Shown: positions 49,507 to 58,711 of the stretch, piece by piece | How the letters are laid out: every line of letters begins with the position of its first letter | How positions within the stretch are numbered: position 1 is the first letter of the stretch | Source: Candidatus Pelearchaeum maunauluense | GTDB taxonomy: Archaea; Thermoproteota; Nitrososphaeria_A; Caldarchaeales; Caldarchaeaceae | Assembly: GCA_030059675.1 (NCBI GenBank) | Contig: JANVYQ010000004.1 | Span: 32,001-96,000, forward strand | Direction of reading: 5' to 3' | Length of the DNA stretch: 64,000 bases | Position numbers and translations under genes: made by a program | Notes under the pieces: generated by a model | Told to the model about the DNA's origin: nothing | Database searches by the model: none | The model's input: the letters and a program-made list of their open reading frames with translations, nothing else

Positions 49507-50147
49507 CGTAATACCATTACGCCGTCCTCTGTTATTCTAAAGACCTTCTGCTTAGCGGTTGATGGTTTTTCCAGAACTGCTACCTTAACGCTGGGTGTTG
49601 GCGCGTTTTCTAGGCGTATGACAAAATCAGACCAGTAGCCTACTATTCTCCCAGCCACCAGCCGCGGCTTGGGCTCAGCTGGTACGTCATGCACCTGCCC
49701 TACTATGATGCTGGCTAACCTCTCTCGGATGATAAGCTCCTTGAGAAGAGCTGTCTGGAAGGCCAGCCTCCTATACACTGGCATGTCCCGCCTCACGTCG
49801 CCGACGGTGGCGAGTCTGTGCAGGTAGGTTAGGTCATCGCATACTATCAAGCCCGCACCGCGGGGAAGAGACTCTGAAAGCCTTATCATAGCCTCCTCCT
49901 GCTCATCAAAGTTCTTTGGGCTTGTTAAGTAAATCAAATCAGGCTCAACATCATGCACGTTAAGCAGGTGTTCCAGCCTAGGTAGGTAGAGCCTCTCCCC
50001 GCAGTCAACCCACATGACAGCCTCCCCACGCCTCATATAGCTTATAGCTACATGGAGAGCCAATGAGGTCTTCCCAGTCTTCTCCTCACCATATACTAGA
50101 TACACGCGACCCCTATCCAGCTCCCCCTCAAAGAACCGTGAAAGCAA
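49503..50147 (-). CDS. radB: RadB-like RecA-superfamily ATPase
   Basis: VYGEEKTGKT Walker A, WVDCGE, LIVCDDLTYLHR, GQV, GGR-like AGRIVGYWS. Confidence 0.8.
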   Translation of the reverse strand: MLSRFFEGELDRGRVYLVYGEEKTGKTSLALHVAISYMRRGEAVMWVDCGERLYLPRLEHLLNVHDVEPDLIYLTSPKNFDEQEEAMIRLSESLPRGAGLIVCDDLTYLHRLATVGDVRRDMPVYRRLAFQTALLKELIIRERLASIIVGQVHDVPAEPKPRLVAGRIVGYWSDFVIRLENAPTPSVKVAVLEKPSTAKQKVFRITEDGVMVLR

Positions 50148-50227
50148 AGGCGCCTGCCCCGCCTTATTACCCCATTAAAGAGAAATAAAAAAGGCACAAA
50201 ATATTATGATGAACGGTCTGCGCAGGT

Positions 50228-50548
50228 ATGGTGCGAATAATACGCTTCAAGCGCAGATATCTAGACCTCATAATACAGGGTAAGAAGAGCATAACTATAA
50301 GACCCGCAGATGGCCGGCGCTATGAGCAGAGCCTAATTCTAACAGATGGTAAGCGTCGCGTGAATACTGAGCTGATTTACGTTAGGGAGGACAGGTTAAG
50401 GAATGCTCTAAGATTCTATCGCCAAGAAGGGTTTAACACGCCCCAGGAGTTGCTGAATACCCTAAAGTCTCTCTATCCAGGAATACGTATGTCAAGCAGG
50501 GTGAATATAATCAAGTTTAGACCACTCAATACCGATGCCTCCAAGTGA
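50228..50548 (+). CDS. ASCH-domain protein
   Basis: FKRRYLDLIIQGKKSITIR, EGF...L...Y, VNIIKF. Confidence 0.88.
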   Translation: MVRIIRFKRRYLDLIIQGKKSITIRPADGRRYEQSLILTDGKRRVNTELIYVREDRLRNALRFYRQEGFNTPQELLNTLKSLYPGIRMSSRVNIIKFRPLNTDASK

Positions 50549-50710
50549 TGCTCATCTCTTTGGTAGGAACTTGCTCAGTAGCTTAGCCATTAGTGAGAGG
50601 ATTCTTTGTCTGGAGATGGCCTAACCTTCAAAACAGAATAAGAAGCCATGCTCAATACTCCACTCAACATCCAAAATCACGCTACAACATAGCATAAAAA
50701 AGGTTGTAAA

Positions 50711-50805
50711 AGCCGGGGAGGGGATTTGCACCCCTGTAGAGTGGGTCTGCAGCCCACCGCCTAGCTGCTCGGCCGTCGGGGGCTCCTCATGGAGCCAACC
50801 CCGGC
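50711..50805 (-). tRNA. tRNA-Cys(GCA) with a 23-nt BHB intron at position 8/9 (50775-50797)
   Basis: GCCGGGG-T|intron|GGCCGAG...GTGGG-CTGCAGA-CCCAC, AGGGG-TGCAAAT-CCCCT, CCCCGGC-T (U73 discriminator). Confidence 0.9.
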
Positions 50806-51062
50806 CTTGCCCCGGCTCTACTTTTGCTATGTGTTGCTTGTTTTTGAGGTTTTATCACCACTGGGCGTGTAGTGGTTGCCATTACGTAGCCCAGCCAGCC
50901 TATGATTAGGAAGATGAAGAGGGTTATTAGGAGTACGGGTAGGCGTACAGCGAGCTCGCTGTCAAGGCCTGGTATTAGGTCAAAGAACCATAAAGAGTAT
51001 ATCACAGCTCCCATGGCTGCGAAGAGCATCAACGCGGCGCCCACTAGCTTAACGCCTGACAC
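50787..51062 (-). CDS. Small two-TM membrane protein
   Basis: Two hydrophobic helices (..VGAALMLF.., LPVLLITLFIFLIIGWLGYVMATT). The reading frame runs into the tRNA-Cys locus. Confidence 0.7.
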   Translation of the reverse strand: MSGVKLVGAALMLFAAMGAVIYSLWFFDLIPGLDSELAVRLPVLLITLFIFLIIGWLGYVMATTTRPVVIKPQKQATHSKSRAGARPGLAP

Positions 51063-51176
51063 GACTGCTCCCTCGTCATATCCAGCCGTAATATCTCCAG
51101 CATTTAACCTATTTTAATGCTGGACTGTTTATATATCGTTAATTCTGGTTTAGGTCTGTTGGGTTCGTCAAGTGGT

Positions 51177-51611
51177 ATGTCGCAGCGTCATGAGCGGAGC
51201 GTAGACGCTGAGCTTAGGGGAAGGACGCTGGAGGTCTATATCTATCTACTCAGGCGGAATGAGCCTGTCGGTGTGCGTGAGGTGCAGCGTCATCTCTGCT
51301 TCTCAAGTCCAAGCGTAGCTTTCCACCATTTGGAGAAGTTGAAGAGTCTCGGAGTTGTGGAGAAGGATGAATCAGGCCAATACCGCGTGGTGGGGAAGGT
51401 TGATGCGGCCGTCCTTCATGCTTTCACGAGGGTCGGAAGCCTAATACTCCCAAGAATGCTCTTCTATGCTGTATTCTTCACAACATTCACGCTCCTATAC
51501 ATAATCACCAACATAGCATCGCCAAACCCCTACGCAATAGTGCTTGGGCTGTCAGCCTCAGCAGCGTGTTGGTTTGAGACGATAAGGACATGGGTGAAGA
51601 AGCCATGGTAG
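51177..51611 (+). CDS. Membrane-anchored winged-helix transcription factor
   Basis: LRGRTLEVYIYLL...VGVREVQRHLCFSSPSVAFHHLEKL..LGVVEKD wHTH, followed by two TM helices. Confidence 0.82.
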   Translation: MSQRHERSVDAELRGRTLEVYIYLLRRNEPVGVREVQRHLCFSSPSVAFHHLEKLKSLGVVEKDESGQYRVVGKVDAAVLHAFTRVGSLILPRMLFYAVFFTTFTLLYIITNIASPNPYAIVLGLSASAACWFETIRTWVKKPW

Positions 51612-51663
51612 CTGTTCTAAAACATAGAACTACTATCAAGAATTTGGAGGAGATGAGAAAGAT

Positions 51664-51990
51664 ATGCGCTCTCTTATAATATCGGCTTTACTGGGCGTGG
51701 TCTTAGGAGCTGGTCTATTTACAGCAGTAACATTCTTCACAGCCGCTTATGTTGAGACTCCCGAGCTTGTGGCTAAACAAGTTGTAACAAAAACAGTAAC
51801 GGAGACCATGACGACTGCTGAGGAGCTGGCGGCGCCTTCTACCACCGTTGCTAAGGAGTACGGTGCTGAAGAGGCTAAGCAAATAGTTACGACTCCTATA
51901 GATTTTCTCTTACTATCCATCACAGCCAGCTCTATAGCTGTTGCGGGAGCTGCTTATATAATAGCGCGGCAACGAATGCATTCAAGATAA
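51664..51990 (+). CDS. Hypothetical membrane protein (two TM, Thr-rich linker)
   Basis: N- and C-terminal hydrophobic segments around VVTKTVTETMTT. Confidence 0.7.
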   Translation: MRSLIISALLGVVLGAGLFTAVTFFTAAYVETPELVAKQVVTKTVTETMTTAEELAAPSTTVAKEYGAEEAKQIVTTPIDFLLLSITASSIAVAGAAYIIARQRMHSR

Positions 51991-52132
51991 CCGCGTCAAA
52001 TTCTTGTAGAGTATTAGCGGGGAAAAAATTATCCATAACCTATGGCTCTATTGTTGAGTATAGTATTTTCCGAAAAGGTGCTGAGAATGTGATATACGCT
52101 TAAATAAGAGATTGACTATCTGCACCAACAGT

Positions 52133-53884
52133 ATGGCGGAGATAATTTTAACGTTTGACCCCTCGTTGGGTCATCAGTTTCACAATTTCCCACTACTCAG
52201 CTTCCTTCCATGCGCTCCAGTCAGATATGTTCCAGCACCAGTGTATAATTACCTCGCATTACCAGACGCTCCCGCCGATGAGTATGGCCGCGCCATACTA
52301 GCTCCATACGCGGTTAGAAAGATAGAAGCAGCTCTAAAGAAGAAGTCAAAATTCAACGTGGTTGTAGCGCATCCAAAATACATAGAGCGTTTCATAACGC
52401 GAGAAACCAAGATAATCGCAGTGAATACGATGGACCCACTAGGGTTAGGTCCTCTCTCATTAATGTTCAATAACGCTGGAAGGGAGCGCTCCTGGGTTAC
52501 TGCGGAGTTCAGCTCGTTGATAAGGCGCATCAATAAGAAACGACGCGAAGTTCGATGTGATGCCAAGCTTGTGGTAGGCGGCTCTGGAGAGTGGGAATTT
52601 GAGCATATGCCACAAATGCTGGAAATCTGGAACATAGATTACGTAGTTCAGGGAGAGATGGACGACATAATCCACCTCCTATTTGAGCAGATAATAGAAG
52701 ACAGTATAGACACGGGTATCTTCCTCTTCGGGTATAAGACGACTATGTTTGACGAGCATGGACGGCCTAGGATAAGATACGTAAAGGACGAGCATGGGCG
52801 CTTCATATGTAGGCATCCATTCTCCAAGTATAGGCTGCCTAAGATTGAGGACATCCCAACAATCATTGCGCCGACGATAAGTGGGCAGGCAGAGATAATG
52901 CGCGGCTGTGGGATAAACTGTGATTTCTGCGAGGTTACAACAAGGCCTCTGAGATACTATCCTCCTGAGAAGGTTTTGGAAGAGGTTCGAGTGAATAGGC
53001 GCGGTGGGATAGACAAGGCGTGGTTCGTCACGGATAACCAGTGGGCATACATGGTTCATGACTCAGACTTCTGGCCTAACAAGGAGGCCATACTAGAGCT
53101 TTACCGCACGGTTATCGGGAGAGGCGGCGTATCACACGCCAACCCCATGCACGCCACCCTGGCGCCTGTGGTTGCGGAACCAGAGCTGGCGTTCGGCATA
53201 GCAAGCATAGTTGGGGCTGGCCCAAGTAAGCACATAGGCGTCCAGATAGGCCTTGAGACAGGCAGCGATAAGCTTGTCCTGGCGCATATGGCTAATAAGG
53301 CTAAGCCCCTCAAGGTAGGTGTTCATGGGACGTGGGCTGAGATAGTTGTTGAAGGCCAGAAGATATACAATGCAGCGTACTGGATTCCAGCTTACACGAT
53401 AATAATAGGACAGGCTGGAGAGGAGGATGAGGACATCTGGGATACGATTGGCTTGATAAACTACATGGCCTCTGAGGAGCTTTACTTCACGGTAACGCCG
53501 ATGGCGCTGGTGAATCTTGGAGCTCTCCGCGGGACGAATACGCTGACCGACGTTTATGGTAGCCTGACCCCAGCTCAGGCAGCGCTAATCTATGTATGTT
53601 GGCGGAACACTAAGAGAATGGCAGAGACCCTAGTCTGGCGCTTATACCGTGGAAACCCGATATTCAGGATTCTCACGACAGGACTCTTAACCTATGGCGC
53701 GGCCTTCTGGCTTGATAGGCTTGAGAAACACCTATGTAAGCTAAACCCAGGAGCGGAGAAAGCCATAGAGAAAGCCAAGAGATACGTTCATATTAAGAGA
53801 CTTGGAACAAACTTTAGAAAGCTACGTGAAGAGTTTAAACGCTATAAGGCGTTAAGCGCCACGCGGCTTCGCGTCTCTTCGTAA
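52133..53884 (+). CDS. B12-binding-like radical SAM enzyme, probable GDGT ring synthase (Grs) family
   Basis: EIMRGCGINCDFC (CxxxCxxC), PLLSFLPCAP, APYAVRKIEAAL, MDPLGLGP, QIGLETGS. The Grs assignment rests on recalled family motifs. Confidence 0.7.
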   Translation: MAEIILTFDPSLGHQFHNFPLLSFLPCAPVRYVPAPVYNYLALPDAPADEYGRAILAPYAVRKIEAALKKKSKFNVVVAHPKYIERFITRETKIIAVNTMDPLGLGPLSLMFNNAGRERSWVTAEFSSLIRRINKKRREVRCDAKLVVGGSGEWEFEHMPQMLEIWNIDYVVQGEMDDIIHLLFEQIIEDSIDTGIFLFGYKTTMFDEHGRPRIRYVKDEHGRFICRHPFSKYRLPKIEDIPTIIAPTISGQAEIMRGCGINCDFCEVTTRPLRYYPPEKVLEEVRVNRRGGIDKAWFVTDNQWAYMVHDSDFWPNKEAILELYRTVIGRGGVSHANPMHATLAPVVAEPELAFGIASIVGAGPSKHIGVQIGLETGSDKLVLAHMANKAKPLKVGVHGTWAEIVVEGQKIYNAAYWIPAYTIIIGQAGEEDEDIWDTIGLINYMASEELYFTVTPMALVNLGALRGTNTLTDVYGSLTPAQAALIYVCWRNTKRMAETLVWRLYRGNPIFRILTTGLLTYGAAFWLDRLEKHLCKLNPGAEKAIEKAKRYVHIKRLGTNFRKLREEFKRYKALSATRLRVSS

Positions 53885-53922
53885 CAAACATTTAAGAAAA
53901 AGGATCACAGCCTTCTCTCTGA

Positions 53923-54900
53923 ATGGCGGCAGGGAAAATCTTTGACCTGATAGTCAGACCTTCTAGGTTCTTTTCAGGTTTGAGCGACAGCGAATCGCTC
54001 TTAAAAGGGCTCGCCGTGTTTGTTGTCGCAGTTCTCCTCAGCGCTGTCTCATTCCTATACTTCTACGCCAACAAAGTCAAAACTGTCTTAGTATTGGGGC
54101 CTTTCTCCAATATTGAACTTCCATTACTCCCGCCTGATTATGTTACTATGTTCTCGCTTAACCGCCTCTTCTTGACGGTTCTTTTCCTCCTAGGGATAAG
54201 CCGCGTGGCTACTAAGTTCATGCATGTGAGGCATAGCGTTAATATAAAACGCGCAACTAACGCGGCTCTCTACACGTTCCTAACTCTAGCAATAATTACC
54301 GCGGCTAGTATCCCTCTATTGCTGGCGTATCCTGTTCAGACGTATGGTATAGTTGGAATCAGTGTGGAGGATGTGTATGTAGAGAATGCTACTCTAACTG
54401 GTGTGGGAGAAGATGGTAGTGTTGTTAGTATAGTGGATAAGCCTATAAGAGCTCAGCGGCTTGAAGTTATTTACCTGGATAAGAATGGAAGCCCAATAGA
54501 CTGGAGGAGCATACGTCCTACAGATGCTCTGGAGATAATAAACTTCTCAAAGCCTATAATGATACTTTACGACGCCGCTACCGTCGGTGATGTAAAGCTC
54601 CCCAAGAGAATAGTCGCCGAGAGTGAGAATATAACCTCACTACATAGGATAGTGTATGGAAGACTGTCCGAGGTTCAACAAGTTATTCTGGGTGGCTCTC
54701 TTCTAAGCGAGGGTGCTGCGCCTATAGTTATAGCAATCGTAATCTTGACAGCGTTCTCGCGTATATGGCTTGTGGCGATAAATATCCTGGCGTTCAAAGT
54801 GATGTACGGCTCATCAACGCGGGCAACGTTGGCTCTAGGTATCTTCATGTACGTGGTATTTACGCTCTTCGGCCTTCCCCCAATAGCTGGAGCGGGTTAG
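53923..54900 (+). CDS. Yip1-like multi-TM membrane protein with an extracytoplasmic insert
   Basis: N-terminal LIVRPSRFF motif typical of Yip1 domains; about 5 TM segments. Confidence 0.55.
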   Translation: MAAGKIFDLIVRPSRFFSGLSDSESLLKGLAVFVVAVLLSAVSFLYFYANKVKTVLVLGPFSNIELPLLPPDYVTMFSLNRLFLTVLFLLGISRVATKFMHVRHSVNIKRATNAALYTFLTLAIITAASIPLLLAYPVQTYGIVGISVEDVYVENATLTGVGEDGSVVSIVDKPIRAQRLEVIYLDKNGSPIDWRSIRPTDALEIINFSKPIMILYDAATVGDVKLPKRIVAESENITSLHRIVYGRLSEVQQVILGGSLLSEGAAPIVIAIVILTAFSRIWLVAINILAFKVMYGSSTRATLALGIFMYVVFTLFGLPPIAGAG

Positions 54901-55625
54901 GATAAGCTCTTCCGCACAACCTTACCATCTGCCGTTATCTCGCCAGCAGCTATCCTCGTGCTTGAGATAGGCTTACCATCCTCGGCTATTACTATGGGAC
55001 ATACAATAATCTCCAACCTCTGCAACCCCTTCTCCACCCGTTTAGAGTTTATCTCATATGCGCGGCCTACGGTGAAAGGGCTCACCACTATCGCCTCGGC
55101 TCCAGGCTCGCTGATAGAAGGACCATAGGGGTCGTTTATCTCAACAATCTTTGCACGAGTCATCCAGCCCCAGCGCTGTAGCTCCTTTTCCAACAGCTCC
55201 ATCCGCTGCTCATAACGCATGACCCCATGCTTCTTCTCCAACCGCTCTACCAGCGAATCGCTGGTTAAGCCTATTATGACGTTTTCAGCCTCTCTGAATG
55301 CCGTGAGGAGAAGCGCGAGGTGGCCATAGTGTATTCCGTCAAACGTCCCGCCTGTAACAGCTAGTTTAAAGCGAGGGCTACTCGGCGGTGGGTTGGAAAG
55401 CTCATCCATAACATCTTCAGGCGTCATCCTGGTTTCATGTAGTAAAACCATGGCTTCGCCGCGTGTTATGCCCAACTTTACGCAGAGCCCGTCAACCGTT
55501 ATGAACGGCTCTTCGCGTAGAATCTTCTCAAACATAAACGCCTTATGCGCGTGGTAGAGCGGGAGAGAATGGGCAGTCTCTACCAATATACTCCACAGCG
55601 GGTTTCTAAGGTAGTCGCGCGCCAA
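54897..55625 (-). CDS. coaD: Phosphopantetheine adenylyltransferase with an N-terminal helical/HTH-like extension
   Basis: GGTFDGIHYGH, IGLTSD, INDPYGP, INSKRVEKGL, AEDGKPISSTRI. Confidence 0.9.
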   Translation of the reverse strand: MARDYLRNPLWSILVETAHSLPLYHAHKAFMFEKILREEPFITVDGLCVKLGITRGEAMVLLHETRMTPEDVMDELSNPPPSSPRFKLAVTGGTFDGIHYGHLALLLTAFREAENVIIGLTSDSLVERLEKKHGVMRYEQRMELLEKELQRWGWMTRAKIVEINDPYGPSISEPGAEAIVVSPFTVGRAYEINSKRVEKGLQRLEIIVCPIVIAEDGKPISSTRIAAGEITADGKVVRKSLS

Positions 55626-55738
55626 TCCAGCGGTATGGCGCTAAAAGCAGGCTTTAACTCTACACATTATTAAGTAGTTCTTGTGAAAAACTTATATCAC
55701 CATCGTGGGATAGCTGGTGAAGAGCGGCGGAGAAGTGT

Positions 55739-56014
55739 ATGTCTGCGCTGGATGAACGGTTGAGGGAGGTGGAGGAACAGCTAAGCTACTGCGAGAGGCT
55801 AGTCTTGGCCGAGACGCGGCTCCAGCTGGCGGCGCTCTTGCTTGAGGAGCTGTTGGAGAAAGTGCAACAGATGCAAGAATCTGCTGGAGAGAACGACACA
55901 CATCTCCGCGCGCTCTCAGAGAAGATAAAGCTACTATACCACAGGGCGAAGGCCCTCCTCTCACTACAAGAGGGGTCTTCAAACAAAAGCATGTATAGAA
56001 CGTCAGAGGACTAA
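55739..56014 (+). CDS. Hypothetical coiled-coil protein
   Basis: 91-aa Leu/Glu-rich helical ORF with GGAG upstream, co-oriented with tldD. Confidence 0.65.
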   Translation: MSALDERLREVEEQLSYCERLVLAETRLQLAALLLEELLEKVQQMQESAGENDTHLRALSEKIKLLYHRAKALLSLQEGSSNKSMYRTSED

Positions 56015-56047
56015 AATAAGTAAAACGGCAAACAAGGGTGGAGAGAT

Positions 56048-57484
56048 TTGGAGGATTTGTTATTACTGGCCGTTGATCATGCTCGTCGTTTAGGCGCTTC
56101 ATACAGCGAGGCAAGATATCAACGCGACATGATTGAGCGGACAGTGCTTAAGAATGGCGTTCCCGAAGTATCGGCAGATGAGATAAGCCGTGGAATAAGT
56201 GTGAGGGTAATAGTTGACGGGAGTCTGGGTTTTGCATCCACGAATGAGCTAACTAGACCAGCCGTAAGGAAGGCTGTTAGGGAAGCAATAACGACTGCGC
56301 GCGTAGCTTCTTCTCTGCTGAAGAGAAAGATAACGATGTCTGAGGAGAAGATGGAGAAGGCTAAGGTTGTGGTTAAGCCGCGTGTGGATTTCGCCAACGT
56401 TGACACAGAAGCACGGGTTAACTTGCTCAAAGAGTCTGACAGCATGGCCCTCGCTATAGCTGAGAAAAAGGATGTAAAACTTCCAGCGCGTCTTCTGGAG
56501 GTTGGTTCATGGAATACTGAGAAGCATATTATCAACAGCGATGGTGCGGATGTCTATAGCTACACACCGCGCGCCACGGTTGATTACTTCATAACGGTCT
56601 TCAACCAACAGCGTGGGACTGTTCAGCGGTTTGAAAATATGGGCGCCTCGCGGGGCTGGGAGGCTGTGGAGCGCTGGCTCCTCCCCGAGCATTTAGAGAG
56701 CGAGGTTGCTGCGCTTGCTGATGTTTTGCATAAAGCCGTAGAGCCTCCTAAGGAGGAGATAGACCTGCTCCTAGGACCAGAGATAGTCGGGTTGGTTTGC
56801 CACGAGTCCGCTGGCCACCCAGGCGAGGCTGATAGAATGCTGGGGAGGGAAGCGGCACAGGCAGGCGAGACATACATCAAACGCGAGTTGCTGGGGACTA
56901 GGATAGGCTCGGAGCATGTTACGATTGTTGACGACCCAACAATACCCCACTCATTTGGATACTACTTGTATGATGAGGAAGGTGTAAAGGCCAGGGAGAG
57001 GGTGTTAATAGACAAGGGGGTTCTCAGGGAGCTTCTACATAACCGCGAGACCGCACCACTTTTTGATACCAGCAGCAACGCCGCTGCTCGCGCAAACGAG
57101 TTTGACCGCGAGCCCATAGTGAGGATGGCTAATACATACATGAAGCCAGGAGAACATACTGTTGAAGAGTTAATGGAAGAGGTTAGGGATGGTATTTACG
57201 TCAAGTCATATCAGGAGTGGAATATAGATGATAAGCGTTGGAACCAGCGCTACGTCGGTGTGGTTGCCACACGGATAAAGGATGGCGAGGAAGTAGGCCT
57301 GGTTAGGAATCCAGTTATAGACCTGACCACACGAGGGCTATACTCCTCAATAACAGCCGTTGCCAACGACCTAAAATTCTCCGCAGGCTACTGCGGTAAA
57401 GGCGACCCGATGCAGGGTATTCCTGTCTGGTTCGGAGGGCCCACCGTACTGCTAAAAAATGTGAGAGTGGGTTTCAGGCCCTAG
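56048..57484 (+). CDS. tldD: TldD metalloprotease subunit
   Basis: HESAGHPGEAD (HExxGH), YDEEGV, RMANTY, CGKGDPMQ. Confidence 0.93.
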   Translation: MEDLLLLAVDHARRLGASYSEARYQRDMIERTVLKNGVPEVSADEISRGISVRVIVDGSLGFASTNELTRPAVRKAVREAITTARVASSLLKRKITMSEEKMEKAKVVVKPRVDFANVDTEARVNLLKESDSMALAIAEKKDVKLPARLLEVGSWNTEKHIINSDGADVYSYTPRATVDYFITVFNQQRGTVQRFENMGASRGWEAVERWLLPEHLESEVAALADVLHKAVEPPKEEIDLLLGPEIVGLVCHESAGHPGEADRMLGREAAQAGETYIKRELLGTRIGSEHVTIVDDPTIPHSFGYYLYDEEGVKARERVLIDKGVLRELLHNRETAPLFDTSSNAAARANEFDREPIVRMANTYMKPGEHTVEELMEEVRDGIYVKSYQEWNIDDKRWNQRYVGVVATRIKDGEEVGLVRNPVIDLTTRGLYSSITAVANDLKFSAGYCGKGDPMQGIPVWFGGPTVLLKNVRVGFRP

Positions 57485-57500
57485 AAGACTCTCTAAGGGC

Positions 57501-57722
57501 TTATACCTTTCTTATCTTCTCTCCTGTTGCTGGGTTTATCCTGTTTCCTTCCTGGTCGTAGGCGTATAATGCGTCGTCGGCCTCGTCGCGTGTTTTTGCG
57601 TGGCTCCCGTCGCAGAAGGGGTACTTCTGGCTTAGACCGCACATGCATATGGCCACGGTGTCGCCCTTAGGCGTGTTGAAGACATGCGGACTCTTAGCTG
57701 TGTGTATGATTATCCGCGCCAT
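57501..57722 (-). CDS. CDGSH iron-sulfur domain protein
   Basis: ICMCGLSQKYPFCDGSH. Confidence 0.93.
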   Translation of the reverse strand: MARIIIHTAKSPHVFNTPKGDTVAICMCGLSQKYPFCDGSHAKTRDEADDALYAYDQEGNRINPATGEKIRKV

Positions 57723-57898
57723 CTACGACCACCAATCAAGCCCAACTCCAACCAATATTTATCATAATTCCTTCTACCGCGACACTATGTGGCGTTGATG
57801 CAACCTACGTACTCGCTTGGTAAAGGCATATATGCTGAGCCGTAATATGATATTTGGGCATAATTATAGCGAGGAGTGGCGAAGAGGAGGTGCTGAAC

Positions 57899-58276
57899 AT
57901 GGTTGATGAGGACCTAGAGCTTAAGCGGCTTCAGCTCCGTAGGCTGCGTAAGCTTGCTGCGATGGCTATGGCTGAGGAGCAGAAAGAGACGCGTAGTGAG
58001 CGCTCTCCCCTTGAGCGGCTCAGGCCGTATCTTGGTGAGCGTGCTGAGGAGGTTTTAGAAGCCGCCTCAAGCCAATACCCGCGCGAGACTGAAGAGATAG
58101 TGAGACAGCTCGCAGACCTGGCCGAGGCGGGCCGTATAAGGAAAAAGATAGACGGTGGCCAGCTATATGCGCTCTTCAGAAACTTGGGGCTGAGGGTAAA
58201 GCTTGACACGAAGGTAGTTTATCTAAAACGCGGTGAGGAGAAGAGTTTAAGCGACCTCATAAAGAAGGGCATATAG
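57899..58276 (+). CDS. PDCD5-like double-stranded DNA-binding protein
   Basis: DEDLELKRLQLRRL..., A...YP, GRIRKKIDGGQLY. Confidence 0.8.
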   Translation: MVDEDLELKRLQLRRLRKLAAMAMAEEQKETRSERSPLERLRPYLGERAEEVLEAASSQYPRETEEIVRQLADLAEAGRIRKKIDGGQLYALFRNLGLRVKLDTKVVYLKRGEEKSLSDLIKKGI

Positions 58277-58277
58277 G

Positions 58278-58631
58278 ATGAGAGTAGCCTTCTACTGGAA
58301 GCCAACATGCGCCACTTGCAGGCGTGTAAAGAAGGAATTGCAACAAGCAGGTATTGAGCTTGAGCTGGTAGAATTGTTCAAACAACCCCCACCGCGCGAT
58401 GTTTTACGTAAGTTGATAGAGAGATATGGTGTAGATGGAATATTACGGAAAAATAGTAGAGACTACAAAAGACTTGGTCTCAGAAACAGGAAACTATCAC
58501 CAGACGAGGCTGTAGAGCTTCTCCTCGCAAACCCAGACTTGATTAAACGTCCAGTGGTCAAGGCCAGCTCGCTCATCTTCGCGGGACGGGATGAAGAAGC
58601 GTTGAAAATCCTTAAAAGACAAACAAAATAA
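58278..58631 (+). CDS. ArsC/Spx family thioredoxin-fold protein
   Basis: KPTCATCRR, PDLIKRPVV. Confidence 0.88.
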   Translation: MRVAFYWKPTCATCRRVKKELQQAGIELELVELFKQPPPRDVLRKLIERYGVDGILRKNSRDYKRLGLRNRKLSPDEAVELLLANPDLIKRPVVKASSLIFAGRDEEALKILKRQTK

Positions 58632-58711
58632 GACATTTAGCCCGTCGTGAAAAGTAAGATATAATAGGTATGTATTAGCGCGGCGCTCTGGTCCGCGCGG
58701 GGTTGGTGAAT

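Noticed and set aside
50549-50700. Short possible gene fragment between ASCH and tRNA-Cys
   Set aside because: Only very short frames with no recognisable motif.
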